Part shown: positions 10,565 to 20,382 of the stretch, piece by piece | Position numbering within the stretch: position 1 is the stretch's first letter | Layout of the letters: each line of letters opens with the position of its first letter | The notes under the pieces: generated by a model | Database searches by the model: none | What the model saw: only the letters and a program-made list of their open reading frames with translations | What the model was told of the DNA's origin: nothing | Source: Myxococcales bacterium | GTDB lineage: Bacteria; Myxococcota_A; Polyangia; Polyangiales; Polyangiaceae | Assembly: GCA_043747615.1 (NCBI GenBank) | Contig: JAYTOU010000003.1 | Coordinates: 64,001-128,000 of the forward strand | Direction: 5' to 3' | DNA length: 64,000 nt | Program-made: the position numbers and the translations under genes

Positions 10565-11965
10565 TCAGCGCGCGATTTGCGGATGCATCTTCTGGCGCTT
10601 CACCGGCTTGGCCGGGCGGAGGTGGCCGAAGAGATAGATGCCGCCCATCACCGTCGCCCACGGCCGGAAATGGCGAAACGTGGTGTACCACTGGAGCGCC
10701 TTCGGTCCGTTGGTTGCCGGGCGCAGACCGCTTGCGGCCGCGTGATCCTGGGCGTGCTGGAAAGCGTCCGCGATCTTCTGCTGAACGACTCGGGGAGCAG
10801 CCCGTTCGCGGGCAAGCTTTGCAGCCATCTTCCCAAGCCGTCCGCGTTTCTGCGGATCTCCTAGGAGCTCGAGCACCGCGCGCCCAAATGCGACATCGGC
10901 TTCCGCTTCGATCCCGTCGCCGCTGCCAGCCGCGAGGAGCACGCCGTTGATGCCATCCTGGATCTGCGAGCTCACGCCCATGCCGTCGGCAAAGGCAACG
11001 GTCGGCGTGCCGCACCACAGGGCCTCGCCCATCACGTTGCCGTACGTCTCGCTCAGCGATCCGTGGACGAAGACATCTGCGTACGCGTAGAAGTCCGCCA
11101 TCTGGGTGAAGGGCACTTCGCCGGGGAAAAACACGCGATCCGCGACCCCGTTTTCGCGTGCGACCCGCTTGTAGAAGTCGCTGTCGGGGCCATCGCCGAG
11201 CATCGTGAGGGACGCTTCGGGATCCATGGGCGCTATGTGCTTGGCGAAGATCTTGATGATTCGGTCTTGAGCCTTCTCACGCGTGTGCCGCCCGGCGCAG
11301 AGGAGGCGTGCGCCGCGACCGGTGGCTTCATGCCCAATCAAGTGGGTGTACGGGTCTTCGCCGAGCGGGCGATCGAAGAGCTCGGGCTGTACCGCGCGCG
11401 GGATGACGTGGATCGGAGCGGTGACGCCGCGCTCGCGCCAGTAGCGACGAAGTCCTTCGCTGAGCACCACGAGGCCATCGCTCTCGTTGTAGATCCGGGC
11501 AAAGAGGTTCTCGAAAGGGCGCTTTAGCGCGAGCTCGAGGCCCGCGTGGACCGCTTCGATCTTGGACAGTCTCTCGGGAAGCAGAACGTCGTATGCGGCG
11601 GCCAAATGCGTGGTGTTCACGCAGAGGAGCGGTATGCCTTTCATCTTCCTGAGCCAGATGCCGAACTCCATGAGGAGCGAGGTCGTCTGGGCAAAGATGA
11701 TGTCGAAATTCCATTGATCCGCGTCGTAAACCCAGGAAGCCAGCGGAAGCGGGATGTGCACGCCCGGGTACGTCTTTAGCGGAAGGCTCGGAAGAGAGAT
11801 GGTCCCCGGCGGAATTTCGTCGGGTGTGGCTTCCGGATCATACGGACCGATGACTGTGACTTCGTGACCACACCGACGCAATTCCTGATACAGGAACCGT
11901 GTCTGAAATGCTGCACCATTGGCATAGGGGATTCTCGTGAAATCGCTGAGGATCGCCACCCGCAA
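10565..11965 (-). CDS. GT4 glycosyltransferase, diacylglycerol-glycosyltransferase-like
   Basis: N-terminus (M)RVAILSDF...NGAAFQT; 'GRHTREKAQD' and 'SLSETYGNVMGEALWCGTP' GT-B motifs. TTG at 11965 chosen as start; ATG 12169 or GTG 12214 are possible but overlap the divergent gene. Confidence 0.8.
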   Translation of the reverse strand: MRVAILSDFTRIPYANGAAFQTRFLYQELRRCGHEVTVIGPYDPEATPDEIPPGTISLPSLPLKTYPGVHIPLPLASWVYDADQWNFDIIFAQTTSLLMEFGIWLRKMKGIPLLCVNTTHLAAAYDVLLPERLSKIEAVHAGLELALKRPFENLFARIYNESDGLVVLSEGLRRYWRERGVTAPIHVIPRAVQPELFDRPLGEDPYTHLIGHEATGRGARLLCAGRHTREKAQDRIIKIFAKHIAPMDPEASLTMLGDGPDSDFYKRVARENGVADRVFFPGEVPFTQMADFYAYADVFVHGSLSETYGNVMGEALWCGTPTVAFADGMGVSSQIQDGINGVLLAAGSGDGIEAEADVAFGRAVLELLGDPQKRGRLGKMAAKLARERAAPRVVQQKIADAFQHAQDHAAASGLRPATNGPKALQWYTTFRHFRPWATVMGGIYLFGHLRPAKPVKRQKMHPQIAR

Positions 11966-12109
11966 CGGACGCCCTTGCCGGGCCGCGAGGGCGGCAAACG
12001 GGGCCAGCTCCTCGATACCCGCCGGGAGCGCTTCAGCGGCATTTCCCGCTCGCAGCGGTCGGACATTCCCTTGGTCGGAGGGGGCGGAAGATGCCGCTCC
12101 GGGGGCGCC

Positions 12110-13294
12110 ATGAAGGTCGTCGACGTGACCGAATTTTTCTCGCAAAGAGGGGGCGGAGTTCGAAGCCATTTGACTGTTAAAAGTCACTTTTCGTGCCAAG
12201 CCGGACACGACCAATTGGTGGTCGCGCCAGGAGGGGTTACGCGCGAAGAGCCTTACGCGGCGTTTGCTTTTTCGCAGTCGAAAGCCAGCGGGAGCGCGAG
12301 GGTATTACGCGTCGGTGGGCCAGCGCTGCCATACGACCGCACGTATCATCTTCTCTGGCGCCTGGACACCGTTCGACGAGCCATCGTTCGGGAGCACCCA
12401 GACGTCCTCGAGATTCATTCGCCGTACCTCGCAGCGATGGCTGCGCTGAGCGTGCCGCGGACCTCGTTCGGGATCCGGACCTTTGTTTGGCACTCCGACT
12501 TCATCGATACCCACCTCCGCGGCGGAATGGAGCGCCGGCTTCCGGTCAAGGTCGTGGACGCGATGGTCGAGCCCCTCTGGGCCTGGGTCCGCGCGATCGC
12601 CCGAGGCTGCGACGCCACGTTCGCCGCCTCGAAGTGGCAAGCGCAGAAGCTGCGCGCGCACGGAGTCGAGCGGGTCACTCACCTCCCCTTCGGCGTCGAG
12701 AAAGAAATTTTTTCGCCCGCCGCTCGCACCGAAGAAACCCGGAACAGGCTTCTTCAAGGGAGGCGCGGGCCGCTGCTCATCGCGATCGGGCGCTTCGCGG
12801 TGGAGAAGCGCTGGGACGTGGTGCTCGACGCGTTCGTGCGGTTGAATGACAACGAAGCGGTCTTGGCCATCTTCGGAGATGGACCGGACCGCGCTCAGAT
12901 GGAGGCACGGGTGCGCGGCAATCCAAACGTGCGCTTCATGGGCTTCGACAAAGACCGGGCGCGGCTCGCCAATTCTCTCGCGAGCGCGGATGTGCTCGTG
13001 CACGGCTGTCCCTACGAAACGTTCGGGCTCGGCGTGGCCGAAGCCATCGCTACCGGTCTTCCGGTGGTCGTGCCGGACGAAGGAGGCGCGGCGGAGCAAG
13101 CGCAGCCCCGAAGCGCCGAGCTGTATCGGGCGGGAGACGCGAACGCCTGTGCGGAGGCCATCGTGCGCCTCCTCGCGCGGCCAGATCTACGGGCAAACGC
13201 GCTCGTCACCGCGGCCGGCGTCCCCGACGTCGAGATCCATTTCGCCCGCTTGTTCGAGATTTACGGAGACCTCCTCTCGCACCCTCGTTCGTAA
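12110..13294 (+). CDS. GT4 glycosyltransferase
   Basis: Start MKVVDVTEFFSQRGGGVRS; 'GRFAVEKR' and 'ETFGLGVAEAIATGLPVV' (E-x7-E). Confidence 0.88.
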   Translation: MKVVDVTEFFSQRGGGVRSHLTVKSHFSCQAGHDQLVVAPGGVTREEPYAAFAFSQSKASGSARVLRVGGPALPYDRTYHLLWRLDTVRRAIVREHPDVLEIHSPYLAAMAALSVPRTSFGIRTFVWHSDFIDTHLRGGMERRLPVKVVDAMVEPLWAWVRAIARGCDATFAASKWQAQKLRAHGVERVTHLPFGVEKEIFSPAARTEETRNRLLQGRRGPLLIAIGRFAVEKRWDVVLDAFVRLNDNEAVLAIFGDGPDRAQMEARVRGNPNVRFMGFDKDRARLANSLASADVLVHGCPYETFGLGVAEAIATGLPVVVPDEGGAAEQAQPRSAELYRAGDANACAEAIVRLLARPDLRANALVTAAGVPDVEIHFARLFEIYGDLLSHPRS

Positions 13295-13311
13295 CGGGGT
13301 ACGTCACCTCC

Positions 13312-14040
13312 ATGGGCGTTCATGTTTCCCTCCACGACGTGTCTCCTGCGTGGGCCTCCGAGATCGATCTAGCTCTCGAGTACTGCCAGGCCATAGGGGC
13401 AAAGCCGGCTCTCCTCGTGGTGCCGAACTTCCACGGGAAGTGGCCGCTCTTGGAGCACCCCGAATTCTGCTCACGGCTCCGCGACCTTCAAGCCTCGGGC
13501 CACGAAATTTTCCTTCACGGATTTTATCACGCCGCTGGGATGGGTGACGCGCGCGGAACGGCAGCCCCCGGCTTGTCGCGGTGGTTTGCGCAGCGCGTGG
13601 TCTCCAAGGGTGAAGCAGAGTTCAGCGACGTGACGCGCGACGAGGCCATGCACCGCCTCGACGAGGGCGAGCGCGTTCTTCGCGAGGCCGGTCTCACCAT
13701 CGACGGCTTCATCGCGCCCGCGTGGTCCATGCCGGCGTGGGTTCGCCCGCTTCTTGCGGAGCGCGGCTATGCGTTCAGCGAAGATCACCTGAAAATATAC
13801 GATCCGAAAGGACGCCGCTCGCGCTCGAGTGTGGTCCTCAACTACGCCAGCCGTACGCCGATGCGCCTCCTGTCGAGCGTCGCCTATTGCCGCCTTGCGA
13901 AGCACGCGCGCGCCCTGATGCCTGCGCGGGTGGCGATTCATCCGGCCGACATGCGCTACGCGCTTCTGCGTCACGAGGTGCGCGAGCTGCTTTCGTGGGC
14001 CGAGGGGAACGTGGTCTCTCGCGCCGCGGAGCTGTTCTAA
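13312..14040 (+). CDS. Polysaccharide deacetylase-like protein (DUF2334 / NodB-type fold)
   Basis: 'SLHDVSP', 'EIFLHGFYH', 'GFIAPAW', 'RVAIHPAD' motifs. Confidence 0.8.
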   Translation: MGVHVSLHDVSPAWASEIDLALEYCQAIGAKPALLVVPNFHGKWPLLEHPEFCSRLRDLQASGHEIFLHGFYHAAGMGDARGTAAPGLSRWFAQRVVSKGEAEFSDVTRDEAMHRLDEGERVLREAGLTIDGFIAPAWSMPAWVRPLLAERGYAFSEDHLKIYDPKGRRSRSSVVLNYASRTPMRLLSSVAYCRLAKHARALMPARVAIHPADMRYALLRHEVRELLSWAEGNVVSRAAELF

Positions 14041-16742
14041 GCCGAAGGGGGCGCGCCTTCGATGACCACGTCTTTTGCCTCGTTTGCGGGCGGACCGCTT
14101 CGCTTCATCACGACGTGGAGGAGCGCCGGAAGCACGAGGAGCGCGCCGACCAGACAGGCGATCTCCCCGCTCATCGCCAGGCGACCGAACGACTGCAGCG
14201 CCTGATTGTCGGCAAAGAGGAGCGACCCGTAGCCGATGGCCGTCGTGTAGCTGCAGAGCGCGACCGCCCCGCCCGTGCGCTTGACCGCGGAGGTCACGTC
14301 CCCTCCGAGGAGTCGCGAGCGATCGAAGATGTTGAACGGGTATTCGCACCCTATTCCGAAGGTGATCGGCAGAGCGATGAAGTTCAAGAAATTGAGCTTC
14401 ATGTCGATGAGCGCCGCTCCGCCGATCGTCCAAAGCACGCCCATGAGCAGCGCGGCGAGCACGCATAGACCTCCGCGAAGACTGCTGCACGCGAGGAGCA
14501 CCACCACGACCACCGCGCTGAAGGAGACCACCGTGGCGAGCGGCCCATCGTGCTCCATCGAGTGGATCATCTCTGCGAAGATGGTGGAGCGGCTCGCGGT
14601 CTGCACCTGGGTTCCGTCGGGGAGAACCACGTTGTCGGTGGTCTTCGAAATGCGAAGGAGGTTGTGACCGTCGGAGAAGGACACGTTGTTGTTGAACTTG
14701 ACGTAGAAGACCGTCCCCACCGTTCCGTTATTTTCTTCGAAGCGTCGGCGGAGAAGGCCGGGGAGGTCTTTGGCGGTGAGGGCCTTGATGTCGTCGGGAG
14801 GCCGCATTTCCTCGACTCGTTTGCGTTCCTCGTCGTTCTTGAGTCCGTGCAAGACCGCGGGGGTCAAGCGATCGCGTATGCGGTCGAGCACGGCGAGCTT
14901 CCTTTTTTGATCGGCATCGGGCCCGGGGAGAAGATCTTCGACCGTGGCTACCTCGGCGACCAGCTTCCCATCCGGATCGTGGGCGTCGTTGTCGAAAATC
15001 TTCTGCTTGATGAGAGGGACCTGCTCGGGCGAGTCCGCGAGCATCAAGGCACCCGCGATGTTCATCTTGCCGCCGAACACCTTCTCGGCTTTGTTCGACC
15101 AGATCCCCGCGCCGGAGACCTTTGAGCCGCGCGAGCCGAGGTGATCGAAGTTGTACTCCCACGGGTCGCGCAAGTACGTGGGGAGCTTCCAGGCGGCGAC
15201 GACGCAGGCGACCGCGGCGAGGCTGAGAAACACCCACGGGTAGCGCTCGGTGGCGTTCGCGATGAGCTTGGTCACCGGCCCGCGGCTGCCGTCTTTCTCG
15301 ATACGCGGAGGCGGATCGCGGAGCCACCAAGGGAGCTTGGCCTGCACCTTCTCGATGACGACGAGCATCGCCGGCACCGTGGGGATCATCGAGACCCACA
15401 CGAGCAGCATGCCCACGAAGCCGATCATCCCGAACTGGTTGAAGCCCCGGAAGCGGGTGACGATGAGCGAGCCGTACGCAATGCCACCGACCAGCGCGCC
15501 CACGAGCTCGGCACGAAAAGCGTTCCACACCGCATCGCGCCGGGCATCGTCGGGAGCCTGGCCGCGCGCGCGGAATTCGCGGTACCGCGAAAGGAGGACG
15601 ATCGGATAGTTGATGCCGTTACCGAGGATGATGGCCGCGAGAAATGCGCCCGACGTGTTGACGTAGCCGAAGGTGGCCATCGCGAACGAGTACGCGCAGC
15701 CGACCCCAATGAACACGGGGAGCGCGATGACGGCGAGCGACCACGGCGAGCGGAAAAAGAAGACCACTCCGCCCAAGATGAGGACGAAGGCGATCCCCGT
15801 GGCCCACACCGCGTCGCTGACGAGCGAGTCTTTTTCTTCGATCGCGTTGGGGATGTCTCCCGCGTACCCGACCTGCATTTGCGGCTGGTAGGCGGTGACG
15901 TTGAGCGCCCCGACCATGGCTCTCACCTGGTTGAGGAGGAGGTCACCGTCGCGCCCGCCCATCCCGCTGGTCGTCGAGATGATGCGGATGCCGAGGCTCT
16001 TTCCGTCGGGCGTCGCGAAGTAGCCCGTGGGAAAGTCGTCGTGCTTGTTGGCCTTGTCTTTCCAGCGCTCGCGGTACTCATCCATCCCGAATGCCGCTTT
16101 TTTCTCGGGATTTGCAGGCGCAGGCGGCGGTGCAGTGGAGCCGGCCGGTGCGGGAGCGACTTGTCCTTGCTTGGGCGCGGGCTTGGGGACGGACTTCGGC
16201 GCCGGCTCATCGTCAGGGTCGTCCCCTTCGAGGTTCGAGACGAGACCGCTGCTGATCGCGATCTGGTGGTCGAGCGTCTCGTCTGCCGACTCGAGATCGC
16301 TCGTGTCCGCGTAGAGCCACTTGTTGTCCTGGAAGAACTTGCGGACGTCCTTGGTGCCGGTCTCGGCGTAGGCAATGAGATCGGGACCGCAGGCGGCCCT
16401 GCATCCGCCGTCTTCCTTGCAAGCCGTGATGCAATTTTTTCGGCTCTCGATGGCCCCGTTCACTTTCTGGGAGAGATCATCGATGAACTTTTCGTTCGCA
16501 GCGCGCTCCGGCGATTCGACGATGACGAGGAGCGTCGCCCCGCCGCCCACGCGTCCGAGCTGGTGCTCGAAGGCCTTGAACCCCTTGCTCTCGCGCGGAA
16601 GGAGCTCGAGAAAATCCGAGCGCAAATCGAGCTTTGAAGCGTACGTCCACGTGCCCGCGATCGTGCAGAGAGCTACGAAGAGAACGAGGAACGGGTACTT
16701 CCCACTGAAGTCGACGATGCGACCGACGATTTTCTTGATCAC
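14037..16742 (-). CDS. MMPL/RND-family lipid exporter (HpnN-like)
   Basis: 901 aa with two 1TM-loop-5TM halves; 'GNGINYPI' and 'GIGCEYPF' at the TM4/TM10 motif positions; GTG start overlaps upstream GT stop (GTGA). Confidence 0.88.
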   Translation of the reverse strand: MIKKIVGRIVDFSGKYPFLVLFVALCTIAGTWTYASKLDLRSDFLELLPRESKGFKAFEHQLGRVGGGATLLVIVESPERAANEKFIDDLSQKVNGAIESRKNCITACKEDGGCRAACGPDLIAYAETGTKDVRKFFQDNKWLYADTSDLESADETLDHQIAISSGLVSNLEGDDPDDEPAPKSVPKPAPKQGQVAPAPAGSTAPPPAPANPEKKAAFGMDEYRERWKDKANKHDDFPTGYFATPDGKSLGIRIISTTSGMGGRDGDLLLNQVRAMVGALNVTAYQPQMQVGYAGDIPNAIEEKDSLVSDAVWATGIAFVLILGGVVFFFRSPWSLAVIALPVFIGVGCAYSFAMATFGYVNTSGAFLAAIILGNGINYPIVLLSRYREFRARGQAPDDARRDAVWNAFRAELVGALVGGIAYGSLIVTRFRGFNQFGMIGFVGMLLVWVSMIPTVPAMLVVIEKVQAKLPWWLRDPPPRIEKDGSRGPVTKLIANATERYPWVFLSLAAVACVVAAWKLPTYLRDPWEYNFDHLGSRGSKVSGAGIWSNKAEKVFGGKMNIAGALMLADSPEQVPLIKQKIFDNDAHDPDGKLVAEVATVEDLLPGPDADQKRKLAVLDRIRDRLTPAVLHGLKNDEERKRVEEMRPPDDIKALTAKDLPGLLRRRFEENNGTVGTVFYVKFNNNVSFSDGHNLLRISKTTDNVVLPDGTQVQTASRSTIFAEMIHSMEHDGPLATVVSFSAVVVVVLLACSSLRGGLCVLAALLMGVLWTIGGAALIDMKLNFLNFIALPITFGIGCEYPFNIFDRSRLLGGDVTSAVKRTGGAVALCSYTTAIGYGSLLFADNQALQSFGRLAMSGEIACLVGALLVLPALLHVVMKRSGPPANEAKDVVIEGAPPSA

Positions 16743-18049
16743 GCGACAAGCCCTGCCGCGGTGACGATCTCGTTCTGAATTTTTCTGGCGTGAGTGAAGG
16801 CATCGAAGCTCTTCTCGACGCGCTCGCGGCCGCGCTGACCGTGGCGCGCGCGCAGATCACCGTCGCGGAAGTAGCGAACGATCCCCCGCGCGAGGCCAGG
16901 CACGTCAGGCGGCGCGCCGGCAATCAGCGTCCCGGTTCGCTTGTCCTCGATCATCTCGGAGACCCCTCCCACGTCGAAGGCAATGACCGGCTTGCCCATG
17001 GCCATGGACTCGATGACCGCGCGCGGCAGGGGATCCGGATAGACGCTCGGCACGACGGCGACGTCGAAGTCCGACACGTACGGCTTCACGTCCACGCGAA
17101 AGCCGAGAAATTGCACGTGGTCCGTGATCCCAAGCTCGCTCACGAGGGCGCGGCACTCGGCGAGATGATCGGGTCGAGAATCTTCCGGTGTGTCCCCGAG
17201 AACGACGAAGCGGCACCGCCTGCGCTCCGCCACGGTCATCGCGTCGAGAGCGAGCTTCGCCGCACGGACCATCTCGACATAGCCCTTACGCCGCAGGATG
17301 CGGCCTTGGCTTCCGAAGATCACGGTCTGCGCGTCGATCCCGTGCTCCGAACGGAGACATGGCTTGACGCTCTTGCCGGCAAACTCATTTACGTCGATCG
17401 CGTTGTGGATCACCGTCACCTTTTCGCGGCAGTGCGAAAACAGCGCGCGCGCGGTCTCCGAGACGCAGACGATCCGCGTGATGCCGCGGCTCGCGGCGAA
17501 GCGATCGTGGACCCCTCGAAGCGCGCGGGGAACGGAGCCGTAGCGCACGTGCCACAGCGCGGGGACGCCGCTCATCCGGGTGACAGCGCCGCCGGCGAAA
17601 TCGGCGTTGGTGCCATTGCAGTAGAGGAGATCGAACTGCCCGCGCTTGGCGAGGGACGTGAGGCGCGCGATCGCGAGGGCTCCCCTGCCGACGTTGGCCG
17701 CGAGTCGGAGACCGCGCAGCAAGAGCGGAGCTTCGAAGTCTCCGCGGGTCATTGCCCGACGGACGGGCTCGATCGGGTTCTCCACCAGGCAGGGCTCGTA
17801 GACGAGATCGTCGGCGACGGGGGTGAGAAGATCCCCGACGACCCCGGCCCGCGGAAGCACGACCGCCCGGTAAATCAACGCGGGATCGAGAAACTTCAGA
17901 ATGGTGAAGAGACTCCGCCCCGGGCCGCCGTTCCTGGCGGTGTCGTTGATGAAAAGGACGCGCACCTTTCGCCGTGGCCGCAGAGCGACGGGCGCCGCGT
18001 GAGTGGCGTGCGTGACGTGATGTTCGACGCGCGAGGGGGCGAGGGCCAT
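16739..18049 (-). CDS. GT4 glycosyltransferase
   Basis: 'VRVLFINDTARNGGPGRSL', 'GRILRRKG', 'PDPLPRAVIESMAMGKPVI'; start trimmed to ATG 18049. Confidence 0.85.
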   Translation of the reverse strand: MALAPSRVEHHVTHATHAAPVALRPRRKVRVLFINDTARNGGPGRSLFTILKFLDPALIYRAVVLPRAGVVGDLLTPVADDLVYEPCLVENPIEPVRRAMTRGDFEAPLLLRGLRLAANVGRGALAIARLTSLAKRGQFDLLYCNGTNADFAGGAVTRMSGVPALWHVRYGSVPRALRGVHDRFAASRGITRIVCVSETARALFSHCREKVTVIHNAIDVNEFAGKSVKPCLRSEHGIDAQTVIFGSQGRILRRKGYVEMVRAAKLALDAMTVAERRRCRFVVLGDTPEDSRPDHLAECRALVSELGITDHVQFLGFRVDVKPYVSDFDVAVVPSVYPDPLPRAVIESMAMGKPVIAFDVGGVSEMIEDKRTGTLIAGAPPDVPGLARGIVRYFRDGDLRARHGQRGRERVEKSFDAFTHARKIQNEIVTAAGLVA

Positions 18050-18106
18050 CGAGAAGTGCCACTGGCTATACCATAAGGGCGAAATTAGACTATTTCGTAC
18101 ACGCTC

Positions 18107-19036
18107 ATGGCGCGGTCTTACCTCTGCGTGTCGATCGATTGCGAATGCGACAAGGGGGCCGGCTGGCGCTCGCAGCGGCCGCTCGCCTTCCAGGGGATCA
18201 CCGAGGGCATCGGCGCCCGCCTCCACCCGCTCTTTCTCCGCTACGGTGCAAAGCCGACGTACCTTCTCTCCGCGGAGGTGATGCGCGATCCGTCGAGTGT
18301 GGAGCTGCTCGCGGGGCTCCGGGGAGCGGAGCTCGGGGCGCATCTCCATGGTGAGTATGCCGAGCCGGGCGCCTTCGAGCCCGAGGTGACCGAAGCGTTC
18401 CAACGCGACTATCCGCGCGACGTGGAAGCGCAGAAGCTCGCCTACCTCACGGCGCTCTTCGCCAAGGCCTTCGGGAGCCGGCCTACCTCTTTTCGGGCCG
18501 GACGTTTCGGGGTCGGCGAGCACTCGATCGGCCTCCTCGAAGAGCTCGGCTACACGGTCGAGTCGAGCGTGACCCCGTTCATGAACTGGTCGTCGAAGGG
18601 CGCGCGCGGGCTGTCGTTCCTCGACGCCCCGACGCAGCCTTACCGACCGAGCGCGACGAACGCGGGCAAGCGCGGACCAAGCCAAATTCTAGAGGTTCCG
18701 GTGACGATTCGCCCGCGCGTCCTTGGCCGCCTGCCTGTCCTCGGAAAACGGATCGAGCCTCGCTGGCTCCGACCGACGAGCGGCTCTTCGGCCTCCCTCG
18801 TTCGCCTTGCGAAGGAGGAGATTGCTGACGCCACGCGCGCTCGTCCCGACGTGCCGGTGGTCCTCAACGCGATGTTCCACAACGTCGAGGTCATCCCGGA
18901 CGCGAGCCCCTACGCTGCCACCGAGAGCGCCACGACACGCATCTTGGGACGCCTCGAAGCACTCCTCGCATTTGCCGCGCGTGAGGGCATCGCGGTGATC
19001 GGCCTCTCCGACGTCACGGGGATCTTCGCGTGGTAG
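18107..19036 (+). CDS. Polysaccharide deacetylase-like protein (CE4/WalW-like)
   Basis: 'VSIDCECD', 'KPTYLL', 'ELGAHLH', 'SFRAGRFG', 'MFHN' motifs. Confidence 0.8.
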   Translation: MARSYLCVSIDCECDKGAGWRSQRPLAFQGITEGIGARLHPLFLRYGAKPTYLLSAEVMRDPSSVELLAGLRGAELGAHLHGEYAEPGAFEPEVTEAFQRDYPRDVEAQKLAYLTALFAKAFGSRPTSFRAGRFGVGEHSIGLLEELGYTVESSVTPFMNWSSKGARGLSFLDAPTQPYRPSATNAGKRGPSQILEVPVTIRPRVLGRLPVLGKRIEPRWLRPTSGSSASLVRLAKEEIADATRARPDVPVVLNAMFHNVEVIPDASPYAATESATTRILGRLEALLAFAAREGIAVIGLSDVTGIFAW

Positions 19037-20382
19037 AAGAGGCCACCCGCCTGCCGGCGAGAAGATCGATCGTGAGGACGTCGCTCCTCCTTTTGCCGAT
19101 GCAGATCGTCTTTCGCGGAGGTGAGGCCGTGCTCCCTCTCCTTCTCGCGGCGTGGTTCGGCCGGAGCCAGCTCACCGACGTTTACTACTTCGCCTGGGCG
19201 GTCTTCGCGTTCGCGGGCTCCCTGATTTTTTCGCTCTACCATGACTCCGCGCTCATTCCCGTTCTCGCCGAGGTCAGGCTCGCCACGCCAAAAGAGCTGC
19301 CACGCGTCACCGGGTCTCTGCTCGCGCACACCCTGGCGATCGGCAGCGCGCTCTCGCTCTGCATCGGCGCCTTCGCTCTCGGATGGTTTCGCCTTCGCTA
19401 TGACGGCCCCGCCTTCACCCTCGCCTCCCGGATGATCCCGCCGTTTTGCGTGTTCCTCGTGGCCCTGAGCATCAAGACTTTCTTCGTCGCCATCCTCAAT
19501 TCGGAGCACCACTTTTCAGCCTACCCCGTGGCGAGCTCGATCGGCGTCACCGTCACCATCGCGCTCATCTTCACGATGAGGGGCGTGCTTGGGGTGCTGG
19601 CCGTTCCGATCGCGTCTCTCGCCGGTGAGCTCGTCGCCATCGGCGTCCTGTCGTACATCGTCTTCGGTATGTGTCGGATCCGGATGTCGCTCAGCTTTGC
19701 TCGTCCAGAGCCCGTCCTGCGCTTCGCGCGTCTCATTGCCTCGGACGTCGGCGGGCAAGCGGTCACCCGCATCAACCCGGTCGTCGATCAGCTGATGGCC
19801 GGGCTCGCTGGAGTGATCGGCGGGGGCACGCTCCTTCGCTACACGAGTGACGTCTCCTCGCTGCCGACGTCGCTCCTCCAGGCGAGTCTTTTGCCCGTCC
19901 TCCTGTCGCATCTGTCCGACGACTTCGCCGCGCAAAACTACGAGAAAATAAGGCACACCGTGACGCGCGCGCTCGTGTGGGTGAGCGGAATTTTGATCGC
20001 TGTGAGCCTTGCTCTCTTTGCGGTGCGCGCGCCGCTCCTGCGTCTGGTGTTCCTGCGCGGAGGCATGGATGCCGAGGGTGTGGCGCGCATGGCCCGCCTC
20101 CTTCCGTACCATCTGGTGGGTCTCGCTCCGTTCGGCGCCTTGCTCGTCCTCGCACGCGCCCACGTGGCCATGAAGAACACGTCGATCATGATCGGCATGG
20201 GGGTGATGAACGCCTCACTCAACGTTGGATTCAACGTCGTCCTTCTCCACGCGATCGGCCTCGAAGGCATCGCCCTTTCCACGTCGTGCGTGCACGCCGC
20301 CATCGCCATCGTGTTTTGGTTTCTTTTCGAATCCAAGCTGGCGCGCGCGCGCCGCGAGGCGGTGGGATCACCCGAGACATGA
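19030..20382 (+). CDS. MurJ/MviN-like (MOP superfamily) lipid-linked glycan flippase
   Basis: Many hydrophobic segments; 'AAWFGRSQLTDVYYFA', 'VDQLMA', 'LVFLRGGM', 'GLEGIALSTS'. Confidence 0.8.
   Translation: MVEEATRLPARRSIVRTSLLLLPMQIVFRGGEAVLPLLLAAWFGRSQLTDVYYFAWAVFAFAGSLIFSLYHDSALIPVLAEVRLATPKELPRVTGSLLAHTLAIGSALSLCIGAFALGWFRLRYDGPAFTLASRMIPPFCVFLVALSIKTFFVAILNSEHHFSAYPVASSIGVTVTIALIFTMRGVLGVLAVPIASLAGELVAIGVLSYIVFGMCRIRMSLSFARPEPVLRFARLIASDVGGQAVTRINPVVDQLMAGLAGVIGGGTLLRYTSDVSSLPTSLLQASLLPVLLSHLSDDFAAQNYEKIRHTVTRALVWVSGILIAVSLALFAVRAPLLRLVFLRGGMDAEGVARMARLLPYHLVGLAPFGALLVLARAHVAMKNTSIMIGMGVMNASLNVGFNVVLLHAIGLEGIALSTSCVHAAIAIVFWFLFESKLARARREAVGSPET

Noticed and set aside
12110..12214. Apparent head-to-head overlap of the two divergent GT genes
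   Set aside because: An in-frame TTG at 11965 gives a typical GT4 N-terminus and removes the overlap; cannot be fully excluded without homologue alignment
18050..18685. N-terminal extension of the 648-aa GT ORF
   Set aside because: Antisense to the deacetylase gene; GT similarity starts after 18049
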